Source: Acutalibacteraceae bacterium
Lineage (GTDB): Bacteria > Bacillota > Clostridia > Oscillospirales > Acutalibacteraceae
NCBI GenBank assembly: GCA_045648445.1
Contig: JAZRNY010000043.1
Location: forward strand, 354-64,353
Reading direction: 5' to 3'
Length of the DNA stretch: 64,000 bases
Both the position numbers and the translations under genes were made by a program. The first letter of the stretch is position 1; each line of letters starts with the position of its first letter. Shown here piece after piece: positions 39,080 through 49,883 of the stretch. The notes beneath the pieces are model-generated. The model searched no databases. It had not been told where the DNA came from and was given only the letters and a program-made list of their open reading frames with translations.

Positions 39080-39826
39080 CTAATCGGTTTGCTGTTCTTT
39101 AGACTTTATATAATTATCTAAAAATTTTTTCTCTTTTTTATCAAAAACAGCATTTTTAAGCATATCGGGACGTCTATCATATGTGATTTCGATTGCGCGT
39201 TCCTTTCTCCATTTAGAAATTTCAGCGTGGTTTCCCGAAAGTAAAACTGCTGGCACTTGGCTATCATTCCATACTGCAGGACGTGTATATTGAGGATATT
39301 CCAACAAACCTGAAAAATGACTTTCTTCAGTAAAGCAGATTTCGTCAGATAAAACGCCAGGAAGCATTCTGCATATTGCATCGGCACAAACAAGCGCCGG
39401 CATTTCGCCGCCTGTAAGAACATAATCTCCTATCGAAATTTCTTCGTCTACTATTTCATCAATAACACGTTGGTCAATACCTTCGTAATGTCCACATAAA
39501 AATACTATATGTTCTTTTTGAGATAATTCTATTGCTTTATTTTGATTAAAGGTAGCGCCTTTTGGAGACATATATATTAGATACGGCTTAACTTCATCAA
39601 TATAAAGAGATTTAAAGCAGTTATATATTGGATCTGCAGCCATCACCATACCCATACCGCCACCAAAAGGTGCATCATCTACTTTTTTGTGTTTATTGTT
39701 AGCAAAATCTCTAATATTTACACAAGAAAGTTCAACTTTCCCCGCTTTTCTTGCTCGACCGATAATACTTGTATCAAGAACCGTTTCACACATTTCCGGA
39801 AACAGAGTCATAATATCAATCTTCAT
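39080..39826 (-). CDS. trmD: tRNA (guanine37-N1)-methyltransferase
   Basis: 248 aa. Starts MKIDIMTLFPEM, with GHYEGIDQRV and SIGDYVLTGGE. Confidence 0.95.
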   Translation of the reverse strand: MKIDIMTLFPEMCETVLDTSIIGRARKAGKVELSCVNIRDFANNKHKKVDDAPFGGGMGMVMAADPIYNCFKSLYIDEVKPYLIYMSPKGATFNQNKAIELSQKEHIVFLCGHYEGIDQRVIDEIVDEEISIGDYVLTGGEMPALVCADAICRMLPGVLSDEICFTEESHFSGLLEYPQYTRPAVWNDSQVPAVLLSGNHAEISKWRKERAIEITYDRRPDMLKNAVFDKKEKKFLDNYIKSKEQQTD

Positions 39827-40331
39827 CGTTAAAAATCCCCTTTGGAGGCAAAATGTATATTATTTCTTTTTCTATATCAACAGACTTAACAAAATGAGGA
39901 ACCGATGGAAATAAAAATTCTTTGTCTTCGTTTTTTATTTGCCAAATATCATTAGCGCCCGTGTTATAAACGTCACTGAGTTCACCATAATATTTGTTTG
40001 TTTCCCCATCATATATTTTACAGCCTATAATTTCTTCAATAAAATACTGATCATCGCGTAGTTTTGCATCATCTCTATAAATATACAATAAATTACCACG
40101 CATGGTTTCAGCCTGTTCGATGGTATCTATACCCTTAAACTTCACAAGAGCAATATTTTTATGTGGCGAAGCCTTATTTACTTTTAAAACGTTGTTAACG
40201 TTATCAGCAGTAAATAATCTTTTAAATTGACATAAAAATTCAGGAGAATTGCACCAGCATTCAACCCTTACCATACCTTTAATTCCATGGCTACCAACAA
40301 TTTTTCCAATATTTAAAAAAGTTTTTTTCAT
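39816..40331 (-). CDS. rimM: 16S rRNA processing protein RimM
   Basis: Start at ATG 40331 (MKKTFLNIGKIVGSHGIKG). The track ORF extends further upstream without support. Confidence 0.9.
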   Translation of the reverse strand: MKKTFLNIGKIVGSHGIKGMVRVECWCNSPEFLCQFKRLFTADNVNNVLKVNKASPHKNIALVKFKGIDTIEQAETMRGNLLYIYRDDAKLRDDQYFIEEIIGCKIYDGETNKYYGELSDVYNTGANDIWQIKNEDKEFLFPSVPHFVKSVDIEKEIIYILPPKGIFNDED

Positions 40332-40383
40332 ACATAACTCCGAAATTAAAAGAATACCCCCATATTTTATGGGGGTTTTTCTA

Positions 40384-40617
40384 TTAGTCGATTTCAACCA
40401 TAATTTTTTGGTTATCGCGATTGGCAGCAGCACGCATAACGGTGCGAATTGCCTTAGCAATTCTTCCCTGTTTGCCGATTACTCTACCCATATCGCCTTC
40501 AGCAACGTGAAGATGATATACGATAACGCCATCTTCGTTGATTTCATCAACTTCAACGGTAATTTCTTCAGGTTTTTCTACAAGACCAGAAGTAATTGCG
40601 ATGAGAAGTTCTTTCAT
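40384..40617 (-). CDS. KH-domain RNA-binding protein (YlqC family)
   Basis: 77 aa. VIGKQGRIAKAIRTV KH motif. Synteny between rpsP and rimM. Confidence 0.85.
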   Translation of the reverse strand: MKELLIAITSGLVEKPEEITVEVDEINEDGVIVYHLHVAEGDMGRVIGKQGRIAKAIRTVMRAAANRDNQKIMVEID

Positions 40618-40638
40618 AAGTATATACTCCTATGATAA

Positions 40639-40881
40639 TTAAAGTACACCGTTCTTCTTAAGAAGAGCCTTAACAGTATCGGTAGGCTGTGCGCCGTTAG
40701 CAATCCACTGTTTTGCTTTTTCGCCATCGATATTAACAACTGCGGGTTCCTTAGTAGGATCAAAGTAACCGATTTCTTCGATAAAACGACCATTTCTGGA
40801 GAAACGAGAATCAGCAACAACTACACGATAAAAAGGAGCCTTTTTTGCACCTAAACGACGAAGTCTGATTTTTACTGCCAT
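40639..40881 (-). CDS. rpsP: 30S ribosomal protein S16
   Basis: [26 protein letters not shown]. Start at ATG 40881 with a GGAGGTG RBS. Confidence 0.95.
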   Translation of the reverse strand: MAVKIRLRRLGAKKAPFYRVVVADSRFSRNGRFIEEIGYFDPTKEPAVVNIDGEKAKQWIANGAQPTDTVKALLKKNGVL

Positions 40882-40935
40882 AATTACACCTCCGAATAAT
40901 ATTTTATATTTAAAAAGCATAAACTTTTTAAAACA

Positions 40936-42291
40936 TTACATACCTGGAAAACCGCCTGGTGGCATTCCGGGGAAACCACCTCTTGCAAATTTTCTCTTAC
41001 CACCTTTAGAGTTCATCTGTTTAAACATCTTTTTCATTTGAGTATATTGTGCCATAAGTCTATTTACATCTTCAACCTTGACACCTGCGCCAGCCGCAAT
41101 TCTTTTTCTACGAGAGCCGTTTATAATATCAGGTTTAGCGCGTTCCTTTTTAGTCATAGAAGTAATTATCGCTTCTATTCTAAGCATTGCTCGGTCATCA
41201 ATATCAACATCTTTAAGTTGCCTGTCCATACCCGGGAGCATAGAAAGAATACTTTTTACAGATCCCATTTTTTTAATTTGTTGAAACTGGGCAAGAAGGT
41301 CATTCATATCAAATTTGTTTTCTTCTAAACGACGTGCAGTTTCCTCTGCCTGTTTAACGTCAATTTCATTTTCAACCTTTTCGATAAGCGATAAAACGTC
41401 GCCCATACCAAGAATACGCGAAGCCATTCTATCAGGGTGAAATTCTTCAAGAGCATCAAGTTTTTCGCCTACACCAGCAAATAGGATAGGTTTACCCGTA
41501 ACCGCCTTTACAGATAATGCGGCACCACCACGAGTATCACCATCAAGTTTAGTAAGAATAACGCCTGTAATTTCAAGAATATCATTAAATGATTTAGCAA
41601 CGTTAACAGCATCTTGACCTACCATAGAGTCAATAACGAGAAGCACATTATGAACATCAATCGCTTTTGTTATTCGTTTGAGTTCATCCATAAGTTCGGT
41701 ATCAATGTGCAAACGACCGGCAGTATCAAGAATAACGTAATCATTACCATAATCTCTGGCATGACGAACAGCCTCTTCAGCCGTTTTTTCAGGTTTTTGA
41801 GTTCCTTTTTCAAACACAGGAACGTTAACTGCGGCGCCTACCACTTTTAACTGTTCAATAGCAGCAGGACGATAAATATCGCAACCAACAAGAAGTGGGC
41901 GGTGTCCTTGAGATTTTAAAAATGCTGCCAGTTTAGCGCAATGGGTAGTTTTACCTGCACCTTGCAAACCACACATCATAATAACGGTAGGAATTTTCGA
42001 AGATGTATTAAGGCGTTTTTGTTCGCTGCCCATAAGTTCAGTTAATTGGTCACGAACAATTTTGACAACCATTTGCGGAGCGGTAAGAGATTCCATTACA
42101 TTTTCGCCAATGCATTTCTCGGCAACATTATTAGTAAAATCTTTTGCAACCTTATAGTTAACATCTGCTTCGAGCAAAGCGAGACGAACATCACGCATAG
42201 CCTGTTTAACGTCACTCTCGTTAAGTTTGCCTTTAGAACGAAGATTTTTAAAAACCTTAGCCAACTTATCTCCAAGACTGTCAAAAGCCAT
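40936..42291 (-). CDS. ffh: signal recognition particle protein Ffh
   Basis: 451 aa. GLQGAGKTT, DTAGR, and a Met-rich M domain. Confidence 0.95.
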   Translation of the reverse strand: MAFDSLGDKLAKVFKNLRSKGKLNESDVKQAMRDVRLALLEADVNYKVAKDFTNNVAEKCIGENVMESLTAPQMVVKIVRDQLTELMGSEQKRLNTSSKIPTVIMMCGLQGAGKTTHCAKLAAFLKSQGHRPLLVGCDIYRPAAIEQLKVVGAAVNVPVFEKGTQKPEKTAEEAVRHARDYGNDYVILDTAGRLHIDTELMDELKRITKAIDVHNVLLVIDSMVGQDAVNVAKSFNDILEITGVILTKLDGDTRGGAALSVKAVTGKPILFAGVGEKLDALEEFHPDRMASRILGMGDVLSLIEKVENEIDVKQAEETARRLEENKFDMNDLLAQFQQIKKMGSVKSILSMLPGMDRQLKDVDIDDRAMLRIEAIITSMTKKERAKPDIINGSRRKRIAAGAGVKVEDVNRLMAQYTQMKKMFKQMNSKGGKRKFARGGFPGMPPGGFPGM

Positions 42292-42304
42292 TATCTCACC
42301 ACCA

Positions 42305-42592
42305 TCATAAGTTTTCTATTATTTCGTATATTTTATCAACGTCTTTTTTACCAGCCGCTTCTTTTAAGTCATACACAGTTTTAGAGTAATGAAGTTTTTC
42401 TTCATAAAATAAAAGTAACTGTTCAGTACGTTTAATTATTTCATGAGCGCCTTGTCGAGAAATATCGTCATTTTCTGAAATTTCAGACAAAGACAAGTCA
42501 TCATAAAAGTAATCACGCGCTATTCGTTGCTGTCTATCGGTCAATAAATCGCCGTAAACATCCAAAAGCAACGCAATGGATAAATCCTTCAT
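42305..42592 (-). CDS. ylxM: YlxM-family putative DNA-binding protein (UPF0122)
   Basis: 95 aa. LLDVYGDLLTDRQQRIARDYFYDDLSLSEISE. Lies upstream of ffh. Confidence 0.85.
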   Translation of the reverse strand: MKDLSIALLLDVYGDLLTDRQQRIARDYFYDDLSLSEISENDDISRQGAHEIIKRTEQLLLFYEEKLHYSKTVYDLKEAAGKKDVDKIYEIIENL

Positions 42593-42752
42593 TTTACACC
42601 TCTAACTGTAAAGCATTTTACTTTACAGCAGTGATTATAACACACAAATGCAGATGTGTCAAGTGTTTTTCTTTACATTAAAATTATTGTTGAAATAAGT
42701 AATATTATGTATTATAATATACATCGTAAAAAATATATTTAAGGTGAAAAAA

Positions 42753-44246
42753 ATGCGTTTAACAAAAAAGTTGCTTTCTCTTTCTATAATACTTGCTTTA
42801 ACGTTATCATTGCTTTCGGGTTGCGATTCAAAAAACGACAACGCTGTTATATATTTTGAAGCACCTATAACCGCCTCCACTCTTGATCCTCAACTAGCAT
42901 CTAACGATACCGAACTTTTAATTATTAGAAATATGTTTGAAGGTCTTATGAGAATTAACCAAAACGGTGAAATCGTACCTGCAGTTGCTTCAGAATATAC
43001 CGTATCAGATAACGTTTATACATTTTATATATCCGATACTGCAATGTGGAGCGACGGTCAACCGGTAACGGCAGACGACTTTGTCTTCGCTTTCAGAAGA
43101 GCCGTTGATCCCGCCACACGTTCACCTTATGCCGGAAAATTACGTTCAGTTTTAAATGCAGAACAAATAATGGCAGGTCAGGTTACTACCGACCGTTTGG
43201 GTATATACGCAAAAAGCCCTTCTATTTTAGTAATTACTTTAGGTGAAAACGATAGCGATTTTTTATATAAATTAACTACTGCCGTTTGTATGCCCTGCCG
43301 CGAAGATTTTTTTGAAAGTTGCAAAGGTCAATACGGTCTTTCTAAAAATCACATACTATCCAACGGTTCTTATAGACTAACCAAGTGGAACATTGATGAT
43401 TTTGCAGTTCGTCTTCATAGAAATGATAAATATTACGGAAACTTTTCAGCAGAAAATTCAGCAGTATTTATTTCTTACAACAACGAAAAAGATAATTTGG
43501 AAAAACTTTCTAAATCCTCGGTAGACATTGCATTTATCGATGCACCAAATATGAACGATATAAACGCAGCGGGATTAAAAACTGCACAGTATCAAAACGT
43601 ACTTTGGGTAATGGAAATAGGTGAAGTTTACTCCTACGATTTACGCCGTTCTTTATATCTTGCTTTTGATCGTAGTAATTATGCCGGTGACTTAGGCATC
43701 GGTTATAACGTTGCCTACTCTTTCTTCCCAGACTCAATGTTAAGCGAAAAACTTGACTATGTTGGTATGGAAGAATATGATTTAACCGAAGCAAAAAAAA
43801 TTTACAATACTGCGTTAACTAACTATACGGGTCAACGTTTGCCATCCACAAAACTTTATTATTACAACGACTCCAATATGTCCAGACCTATAAATGATAT
43901 TGTTGGACATTGGCAAAAAGAACTAGGCGCTTATATTAATACAAAACCATGTGACACTATTGATGAAATTAAGTTAGCGCTAAGTAACGGTGAATGTGCT
44001 ATTGCAGTATATCCTATCACCATTACCGATAAAGACCCCAGTGTTTTAGCATATCAACTAGGCTATGACTTTGCCAAAACATCTGTAAAACTTTTACCCG
44101 AAGTTCAGCGAAATATACTGGGAAGCAAAAAATTAATGCCATTAGCATTTGAAAATTCCGTTGCAGCATATTCTAGTGATATTATTGATTTTAACTTCAC
44201 AATAGGTAACGGATTAATAGATTTCGCCTACGTAACAAAAAAATAA
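42753..44246 (+). CDS. ABC transporter substrate-binding lipoprotein (peptide/nickel family 5-like)
   Basis: Start at ATG 42753 (AAGGTGA RBS). Lipobox LLSGC. About 497 aa. No cognate permease or ATPase genes are adjacent. Confidence 0.7.
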   Translation: MRLTKKLLSLSIILALTLSLLSGCDSKNDNAVIYFEAPITASTLDPQLASNDTELLIIRNMFEGLMRINQNGEIVPAVASEYTVSDNVYTFYISDTAMWSDGQPVTADDFVFAFRRAVDPATRSPYAGKLRSVLNAEQIMAGQVTTDRLGIYAKSPSILVITLGENDSDFLYKLTTAVCMPCREDFFESCKGQYGLSKNHILSNGSYRLTKWNIDDFAVRLHRNDKYYGNFSAENSAVFISYNNEKDNLEKLSKSSVDIAFIDAPNMNDINAAGLKTAQYQNVLWVMEIGEVYSYDLRRSLYLAFDRSNYAGDLGIGYNVAYSFFPDSMLSEKLDYVGMEEYDLTEAKKIYNTALTNYTGQRLPSTKLYYYNDSNMSRPINDIVGHWQKELGAYINTKPCDTIDEIKLALSNGECAIAVYPITITDKDPSVLAYQLGYDFAKTSVKLLPEVQRNILGSKKLMPLAFENSVAAYSSDIIDFNFTIGNGLIDFAYVTKK

Positions 44247-44292
44247 TAAAATAATAAAATAAAAAAAGATTGAGGCAACTCAATCTTTTTTA

Positions 44293-45000
44293 TTATAATA
44301 ACGATTTCTCTATTTGTTTTTTTAATTTAGCGATTATCTTTTTTTCTAGGCGCGAAATATATGACTGAGAAATTCCTAGTACGTCAGCAACTTCTTTTTG
44401 AGTAAGTTCATCGTATCCGCACATACCAAATCTCATTTTCATTATTTCTTGTTCTCTGTTTGACAAATTATTTATAAGTTTTAATAGAAGAGTTTTTTCA
44501 TCTTCCCTTTCAACCTCTTTTCCTACTTCTTCACCGTCACTCCCCAAAATATCCGATAATAATAATTCATTGCCATCCCAATCAACGTTTAACGGTTCAT
44601 CTAAGGATATTTCACATTTTTGTGAAGATGTTTTTCTAAGATACATTAAAATTTCATTTTCTATGCACCTTGATGCATAGGTCGCTAACTTGATATTTTT
44701 ATCAGGTTGAAAAGTATTTACCGCTTTAATAAGACCGATTGTGCCAATCGAAATTAAATCCTCGTTGTTAGCACTGGTTGTTTCAAATTTTTTAGATATA
44801 TAGACTACCAACCTTAAATTATGTATTATAAGTTGTTCTTTAACATACTCTTTGTTTTCTTCATATTTAAGTAATAATTCTTGTTCTTCCGAATTACTTA
44901 AAGGCGGAGGCAATGTTTCAGTTCCATTGATATAATAAACACTGTTAACCAGACCTAGTTTAACAAGAATTTTTCTAATAAAAGCATATAATTTTTTCAT
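44293..45000 (-). CDS. sigE: sporulation sigma factor SigE (pro-sigma-E)
   Basis: Pro-sequence followed by LPPPLS. Region 2.4 [12 protein letters not shown]. Lies immediately downstream of spoIIGA. Confidence 0.9.
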   Translation of the reverse strand: MKKLYAFIRKILVKLGLVNSVYYINGTETLPPPLSNSEEQELLLKYEENKEYVKEQLIIHNLRLVVYISKKFETTSANNEDLISIGTIGLIKAVNTFQPDKNIKLATYASRCIENEILMYLRKTSSQKCEISLDEPLNVDWDGNELLLSDILGSDGEEVGKEVEREDEKTLLLKLINNLSNREQEIMKMRFGMCGYDELTQKEVADVLGISQSYISRLEKKIIAKLKKQIEKSLL

Positions 45001-45001
45001 G

Positions 45002-45811
45002 TTATTCAACCTCACTTAATATTTGCGGACTAACGATTGCTTTATAATCTGTGTTTTCAATAGTTTTTTCTGCAACAGCTATTAAAGATACTCCTATTTC
45101 ACGATTGTTAACTTTTGTTTTTTTGCAGTAATATGCTGATAATAATTTTTGATTATCAACAGTTGAATATGGTAATAAAACCGGTAATAAATCTGAAGTG
45201 TCACCAAATAATTCATTGGCAGTATTATAATCAACAATTATCACTTGTTTACCTGTGTAAACATCTTTTAAAGAATTTCCCGTATCAACCAACGCAGTTA
45301 ACTCTATGGTTTTACCAAGATTTTCTAAAGTGACTTTGCATCTTGCAGCCGTTGGCGAAGAACGTCTAATAATAAATAATACCAATCTAATAATTACGTA
45401 AGATGCAACCGTCCATCCTATCATTTCTATTGCCGAAATATTTAAGTACAATACCGAATTTCTGATCAACATACCATTTGGTTTGAATATATTCCAAAAC
45501 AGTATTATTAATCCATTAAACGCCATGCTGACCGAAAGTAGCGCAAAATAAAATTTTAAAAATATTATTTTGTTTTTAAAACCAACGGTAACAACTGCCA
45601 CAATGAGCACAAATATAAGCGTTAACAGCATTTCGATTGCATATGATAATTTAGGCACAAATATCAAAAAAGAGAACGTAGATGAAAATAATGCAGCAAT
45701 AATAATTCTTTTTGTTTTTATTTTTCTACCAATTATAAATGTTGCTAAATTTAGCAAGAAAAAATCTATAACTGAGTTCAAAAACAAAAGTATGTCCAGA
45801 TATACAGTCAT
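45002..45811 (-). CDS. spoIIGA: sigma-E processing peptidase SpoIIGA
   Basis: 269 aa. Five N-terminal TM helices, then the [10 protein letters not shown] aspartic protease motif. Confidence 0.9.
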   Translation of the reverse strand: MTVYLDILLFLNSVIDFFLLNLATFIIGRKIKTKRIIIAALFSSTFSFLIFVPKLSYAIEMLLTLIFVLIVAVVTVGFKNKIIFLKFYFALLSVSMAFNGLIILFWNIFKPNGMLIRNSVLYLNISAIEMIGWTVASYVIIRLVLFIIRRSSPTAARCKVTLENLGKTIELTALVDTGNSLKDVYTGKQVIIVDYNTANELFGDTSDLLPVLLPYSTVDNQKLLSAYYCKKTKVNNREIGVSLIAVAEKTIENTDYKAIVSPQILSEVE

Positions 45812-45912
45812 TTAATCACCATACAAATTATACAACATTAAAACTGCAAAATTTGTCAAAGTGTGTAGCCTAAATAAAAAAATTTCCCACAGAATTTTCT
45901 GTGGGAAATTTT

Positions 45913-47208
45913 TTACTGAATTAGTGATTTAACATAACTTGAAGATCCGGTATCAGGGAGTAATTTTCCTTGAACCGTTTTGTAAGAACCGGTAGCGGTA
46001 AATACAGTAAAAGTCAACATATCACCCGGCTTTGATCCTTCGATTTGATCTAAAATAACACTATCAGAGGTTATGTTAATGCCATTGACCTGAGTAATTA
46101 TATCACCAGCGCTTATTTTTCCAAACAAATCGCTATCATTGTTAACCGAAACTATTAAAATACCGGTGCTGGGATATTTTTTAACTTCCATTACAACTTT
46201 ATTAATAACTTGATACGAAACACCAAGGCGCGCTCTATCTGCAACGTATCCGTTTTTAATCAAAGACTCAACTATAAGTTTAGTAACACTTGAAGGAATT
46301 GCAAATCCAATACCTTCGTACTCTTCACCTGCAATTTTTGACGAAGTTATACCTACCACCTGTCCATACATATTTACAAGTGCGCCGCCGGAATTTCCGG
46401 GATTAATGGGTGTGCTTGTTTGTATCATTTTCATTGAATAACTGGATGTTGTAGAAACGCGACGATTGGTTAATGAAATAATGCCTTCGGTAATACTATT
46501 TTCTTCTATATTATTTGGTCTGCCGACGGCCACAACGTTTTCACCAATAACCAATTCTTTATCATTACCAAGCACGGCAGGAGTAAATCCTTTAGCGTCT
46601 ATTTTAAGAACAGCAACATCACTTCTAACATCACCTGCTACGAACTCAGCGCTATATTCTTTGTCATCATATGTTTTTACAATGAATTTAGCACCAACTA
46701 TACTTTCATAAATATGATCGTTTGTAATTATATAACCGTCTTCTGAAAAAATCACACCCGATGCAGATGATTGGGTTCCATCATCACCGTAAACAGTAAT
46801 TCCGACAACAGATTTATTTACAATTTCATAAACTTGCGCAGCAGTAAATTCATCTGTCTGAGCAGGTTTTGAAGCAAGATTTAATGAAACGGTATAATCT
46901 TTATTATTTGTTTTTGAATATCTATGCAAACCTATTAAATATCCGCCCACACAAGACCCGCTAATCAAAACAATTGCTGACATGATTAAGGTAAATACTT
47001 TAATTCCGCGTGAAATTGGTTTTCCTTTCTCAGTAGGAGAATAATCTACAGGCACATAGTTCTCAATATCAGTAATATTGAGTTGTTCGTAAGGATTATC
47101 GCAATAACGATAACCATCAGTAATTTCATTGTTATTAACATCGTCAATATTATCAATATTCTCTTCTGATTTTTCAGAAAAATTTTGATTTATATTGTTA
47201 TCTTCCAT
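45913..47208 (-). CDS. htrA: HtrA/DegP-family serine protease with PDZ domain
   Basis: Start at ATG 47208 (GGAGGA RBS). TM anchor, TNDHI (His), the catalytic-Asp region read as DVAVLK, GNSGGAL (Ser), and a C-terminal PDZ domain. Confidence 0.85.
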   Translation of the reverse strand: MEDNNINQNFSEKSEENIDNIDDVNNNEITDGYRYCDNPYEQLNITDIENYVPVDYSPTEKGKPISRGIKVFTLIMSAIVLISGSCVGGYLIGLHRYSKTNNKDYTVSLNLASKPAQTDEFTAAQVYEIVNKSVVGITVYGDDGTQSSASGVIFSEDGYIITNDHIYESIVGAKFIVKTYDDKEYSAEFVAGDVRSDVAVLKIDAKGFTPAVLGNDKELVIGENVVAVGRPNNIEENSITEGIISLTNRRVSTTSSYSMKMIQTSTPINPGNSGGALVNMYGQVVGITSSKIAGEEYEGIGFAIPSSVTKLIVESLIKNGYVADRARLGVSYQVINKVVMEVKKYPSTGILIVSVNNDSDLFGKISAGDIITQVNGINITSDSVILDQIEGSKPGDMLTFTVFTATGSYKTVQGKLLPDTGSSSYVKSLIQ

Positions 47209-47225
47209 AATAAATCCTCCGTGGA

Positions 47226-48656
47226 TCAAGAATTAATAGCCAAACGAATTCCAAACTGAGTAAACTCGTTTTCACTACTTTTAACAAAGGCAGTCCCGCC
47301 ATGAATTCTCACTATAGTTTTAACTAAGTATAAACCAAGTCCCGTACTGTCTTTATTAGTAGAACGTGCTTTATCTCCTTTATAAAAACGATCAAAAATA
47401 TGAGGTAAGTCTTCTTTTGGAATGCCTATACCCGTGTTTTTGATTTTAAACTCAAAATGGGTGCTATCTGCAGATAAATCAAACTCTATAGTGCCAAAAT
47501 CGTCAGTAAATTTAATAGCATTGTCACATAAATTATATACAACTTGATGAAGTAGGTCTTTATCAGCGCGTACAATACACTTTTCAAAACTGTCCAATCC
47601 GACTATTTCTATTTTTTTGTTTTCAATACGCTGCTCTTGGCTTAAAACAACATCGATTACAAGTTGTTTAAAATCAAACTCAGAAGGTCTAATCTTTATT
47701 TCTCCTGCTTCAAGTTTTGAAAGATTTAACATACCTTCAACCAAACGAGTCATACGTTTTACTTCATTTGAAACGGTTTGTAAATAATGTTCTGTTTTTT
47801 CTTTTTCGATTGTTCCGTCTATTATTCCATCAATAAACCCTCCGATAGTTGTCATAGGAGTCCTTAGTTCATGAGAGACGTTAGCGATAAAATCGCGACG
47901 CATCTTTTCAAGTTCGACAAGCGAATTTGTCATTTGGTTAAAAGAACTTGAAAGTTGCCCTATTTCATCGTTACTCATCACCGGAATTCGTTTCGAAAAA
48001 TCACCATTAGCCATTGCTTTCGATGCTTCAGACATAAGCTTTAACGGTTTAGACCATTTATATGTTATGAAATACAAAATCACAAATAATATTATTATAG
48101 GTATTGTGGCCGCCAATGCGTATATGCCGAACAAATCTTTATAAAAACTCGTCAAAGTAGATGCTGGAGCGGTCGCAAAAACATACCCTAACTGTTTTCC
48201 GTATTGGTCAACAATTTTTTCGCCTTTAATATAGTATGGTTCCGAAAACATATAACTAAAGCGACCGATTTCCTCAAAATCACTTACTGCAACCTTGTTT
48301 AAAATTTTATCGCTGATATTAACGATAGAATGTTCACAAACCATATCCGTAGCAAAATCACTACATGAACAAGCAATAACAGTACCGTCATTGTCGGTAA
48401 CAAATATCATATTATCGCTAACTCTGGACATTACCTGTGTCATACGAAGAACGGTCGTTGAATAATAAGGATTTTTATAATCTGTTTCAACAAAAGATGA
48501 CATAGTTTCACAGGATACCGACAATGAATCGAATTTTTCTTTTGATAAGTAATTATTAGTAAGAAAAGTAACAATTAAAACAATACCTGTTATGCAAAAT
48601 AAAAATGTAAGCGAAACTGCTACAAAATATTTTTTAAAAGTGCTTAATTTCGACAA
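47226..48656 (-). CDS. two-component sensor histidine kinase (HAMP-HisKA-HATPase)
   Basis: 476 aa. H-box SHELRTPMT, N-box DNAIKF, G-box GLGLYL. Confidence 0.9.
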   Translation of the reverse strand: MSKLSTFKKYFVAVSLTFLFCITGIVLIVTFLTNNYLSKEKFDSLSVSCETMSSFVETDYKNPYYSTTVLRMTQVMSRVSDNMIFVTDNDGTVIACSCSDFATDMVCEHSIVNISDKILNKVAVSDFEEIGRFSYMFSEPYYIKGEKIVDQYGKQLGYVFATAPASTLTSFYKDLFGIYALAATIPIIILFVILYFITYKWSKPLKLMSEASKAMANGDFSKRIPVMSNDEIGQLSSSFNQMTNSLVELEKMRRDFIANVSHELRTPMTTIGGFIDGIIDGTIEKEKTEHYLQTVSNEVKRMTRLVEGMLNLSKLEAGEIKIRPSEFDFKQLVIDVVLSQEQRIENKKIEIVGLDSFEKCIVRADKDLLHQVVYNLCDNAIKFTDDFGTIEFDLSADSTHFEFKIKNTGIGIPKEDLPHIFDRFYKGDKARSTNKDSTGLGLYLVKTIVRIHGGTAFVKSSENEFTQFGIRLAINS

Positions 48657-49343
48657 TTACTTTACCTCAAATTTATATCCAACGCCCCAAACGGTTTTTA
48701 AATTCCATTTATCTGAAACGCCTTCAAGTTTTTCACGTAAACGTTTAACGTGTACGTCAACTGTTCTTGAATCACCGTAATAATCAAATCCCCAAACTTC
48801 ATCAAGGAGCTGATCTCTGGTAAAAACTCTATTAGGATAACTGGCAAGATAATATAATAGTTCCAATTCTTTTGGTGGTGTATCAACCTGTACACCGTTA
48901 AGTTTTAATTCATAATTAGTTAGATTGACCGAAATATTTTCATAACTTACCAATTCTACATTTGTGTCATCGTTACTTGCTGACCTACGAAGTACAGCCT
49001 TAATACGTGCTATTAATTCTTTAGCATCAAATGGCTTTGGTACGTAATCATCGGCGCCTAATTCAAGACCGAGAATTCGATCAAATGTATCACCTTTTGC
49101 AGTTAACATAATAATAGGTACCGTAGAAAACTTTCTAATTTCTCGACATACCTGCCATCCATCAAGCTTTGGCAACATTATATCAAGCAAAACAAGCGAA
49201 GGAAAATATAAATGAGTACATTCAACTGCTTTTTCGCCATCGTTGGCTACTATAGGTTCAAAACCTTCTTTAGTAAGATAAAGACGCAAAAGTTCGCAAA
49301 TGTTATCATCATCATCAACAATAAGAATCTTTTTATTATCCAT
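48657..49343 (-). CDS. OmpR-family response regulator
   Basis: 228 aa. Receiver DDDD...D...K and a winged-helix C-terminus (RTVDVHVKRLREKL). Confidence 0.9.
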   Translation of the reverse strand: MDNKKILIVDDDDNICELLRLYLTKEGFEPIVANDGEKAVECTHLYFPSLVLLDIMLPKLDGWQVCREIRKFSTVPIIMLTAKGDTFDRILGLELGADDYVPKPFDAKELIARIKAVLRRSASNDDTNVELVSYENISVNLTNYELKLNGVQVDTPPKELELLYYLASYPNRVFTRDQLLDEVWGFDYYGDSRTVDVHVKRLREKLEGVSDKWNLKTVWGVGYKFEVK

Positions 49344-49491
49344 TAGATACCCTCCTATTGAATTCGTATATGGTTATAATACAACAATAGTATTACGAAA
49401 ATATGAATAATTCTTCAAATCTTATAAATAAATTCAAGACGGAAGAAAGCCGCCCAACTCAATGTGGGCGGCAATATATATTTAATATATA

Positions 49492-49776
49492 TTATTCAGC
49501 AGAATTTTCTCTCATTTTTGCGAAACATTCACTGCAATAAACAGGGCGATCCTCACGTGGTTGGAAAGGAACCTTCGCGGGGTTACCACAAGCACTGCAG
49601 GTAGTTTCGAACATCTCGCGCGGAGCTCTGCCAGCATTTTTACGCTTATCACGGCAGGGTTTACAACGCTGCGGCTCATTCGCAAATCCTTTGGACTCAT
49701 AGAATTCCTGTTCTCTTGCAGTGAATACGAATTCTTCTCCGCAGTCCTTGCAAACTAAAGTCTTGTCTTCGAACAT
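49492..49776 (-). CDS. zinc-ribbon domain protein (zf-trcl-like, two CxxC...CxxC units)
   Basis: 94 aa. LVCKDCGEEFVFTAREQEFYESKGFANEPQRCKPCR plus TCSACG...VYCSECF. A terminator lies at 49449-49477. Confidence 0.75.
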   Translation of the reverse strand: MFEDKTLVCKDCGEEFVFTAREQEFYESKGFANEPQRCKPCRDKRKNAGRAPREMFETTCSACGNPAKVPFQPREDRPVYCSECFAKMRENSAE

Positions 49777-49883
49777 GTTTTGTACCTCACTTGTTTTTGT
49801 TTAGCCCCGGTCGGAATTTCACCGACATCTTTGAGAAACAACGCTCTGTACATTGAGCTACATGGGCATATATAATCAACGGA

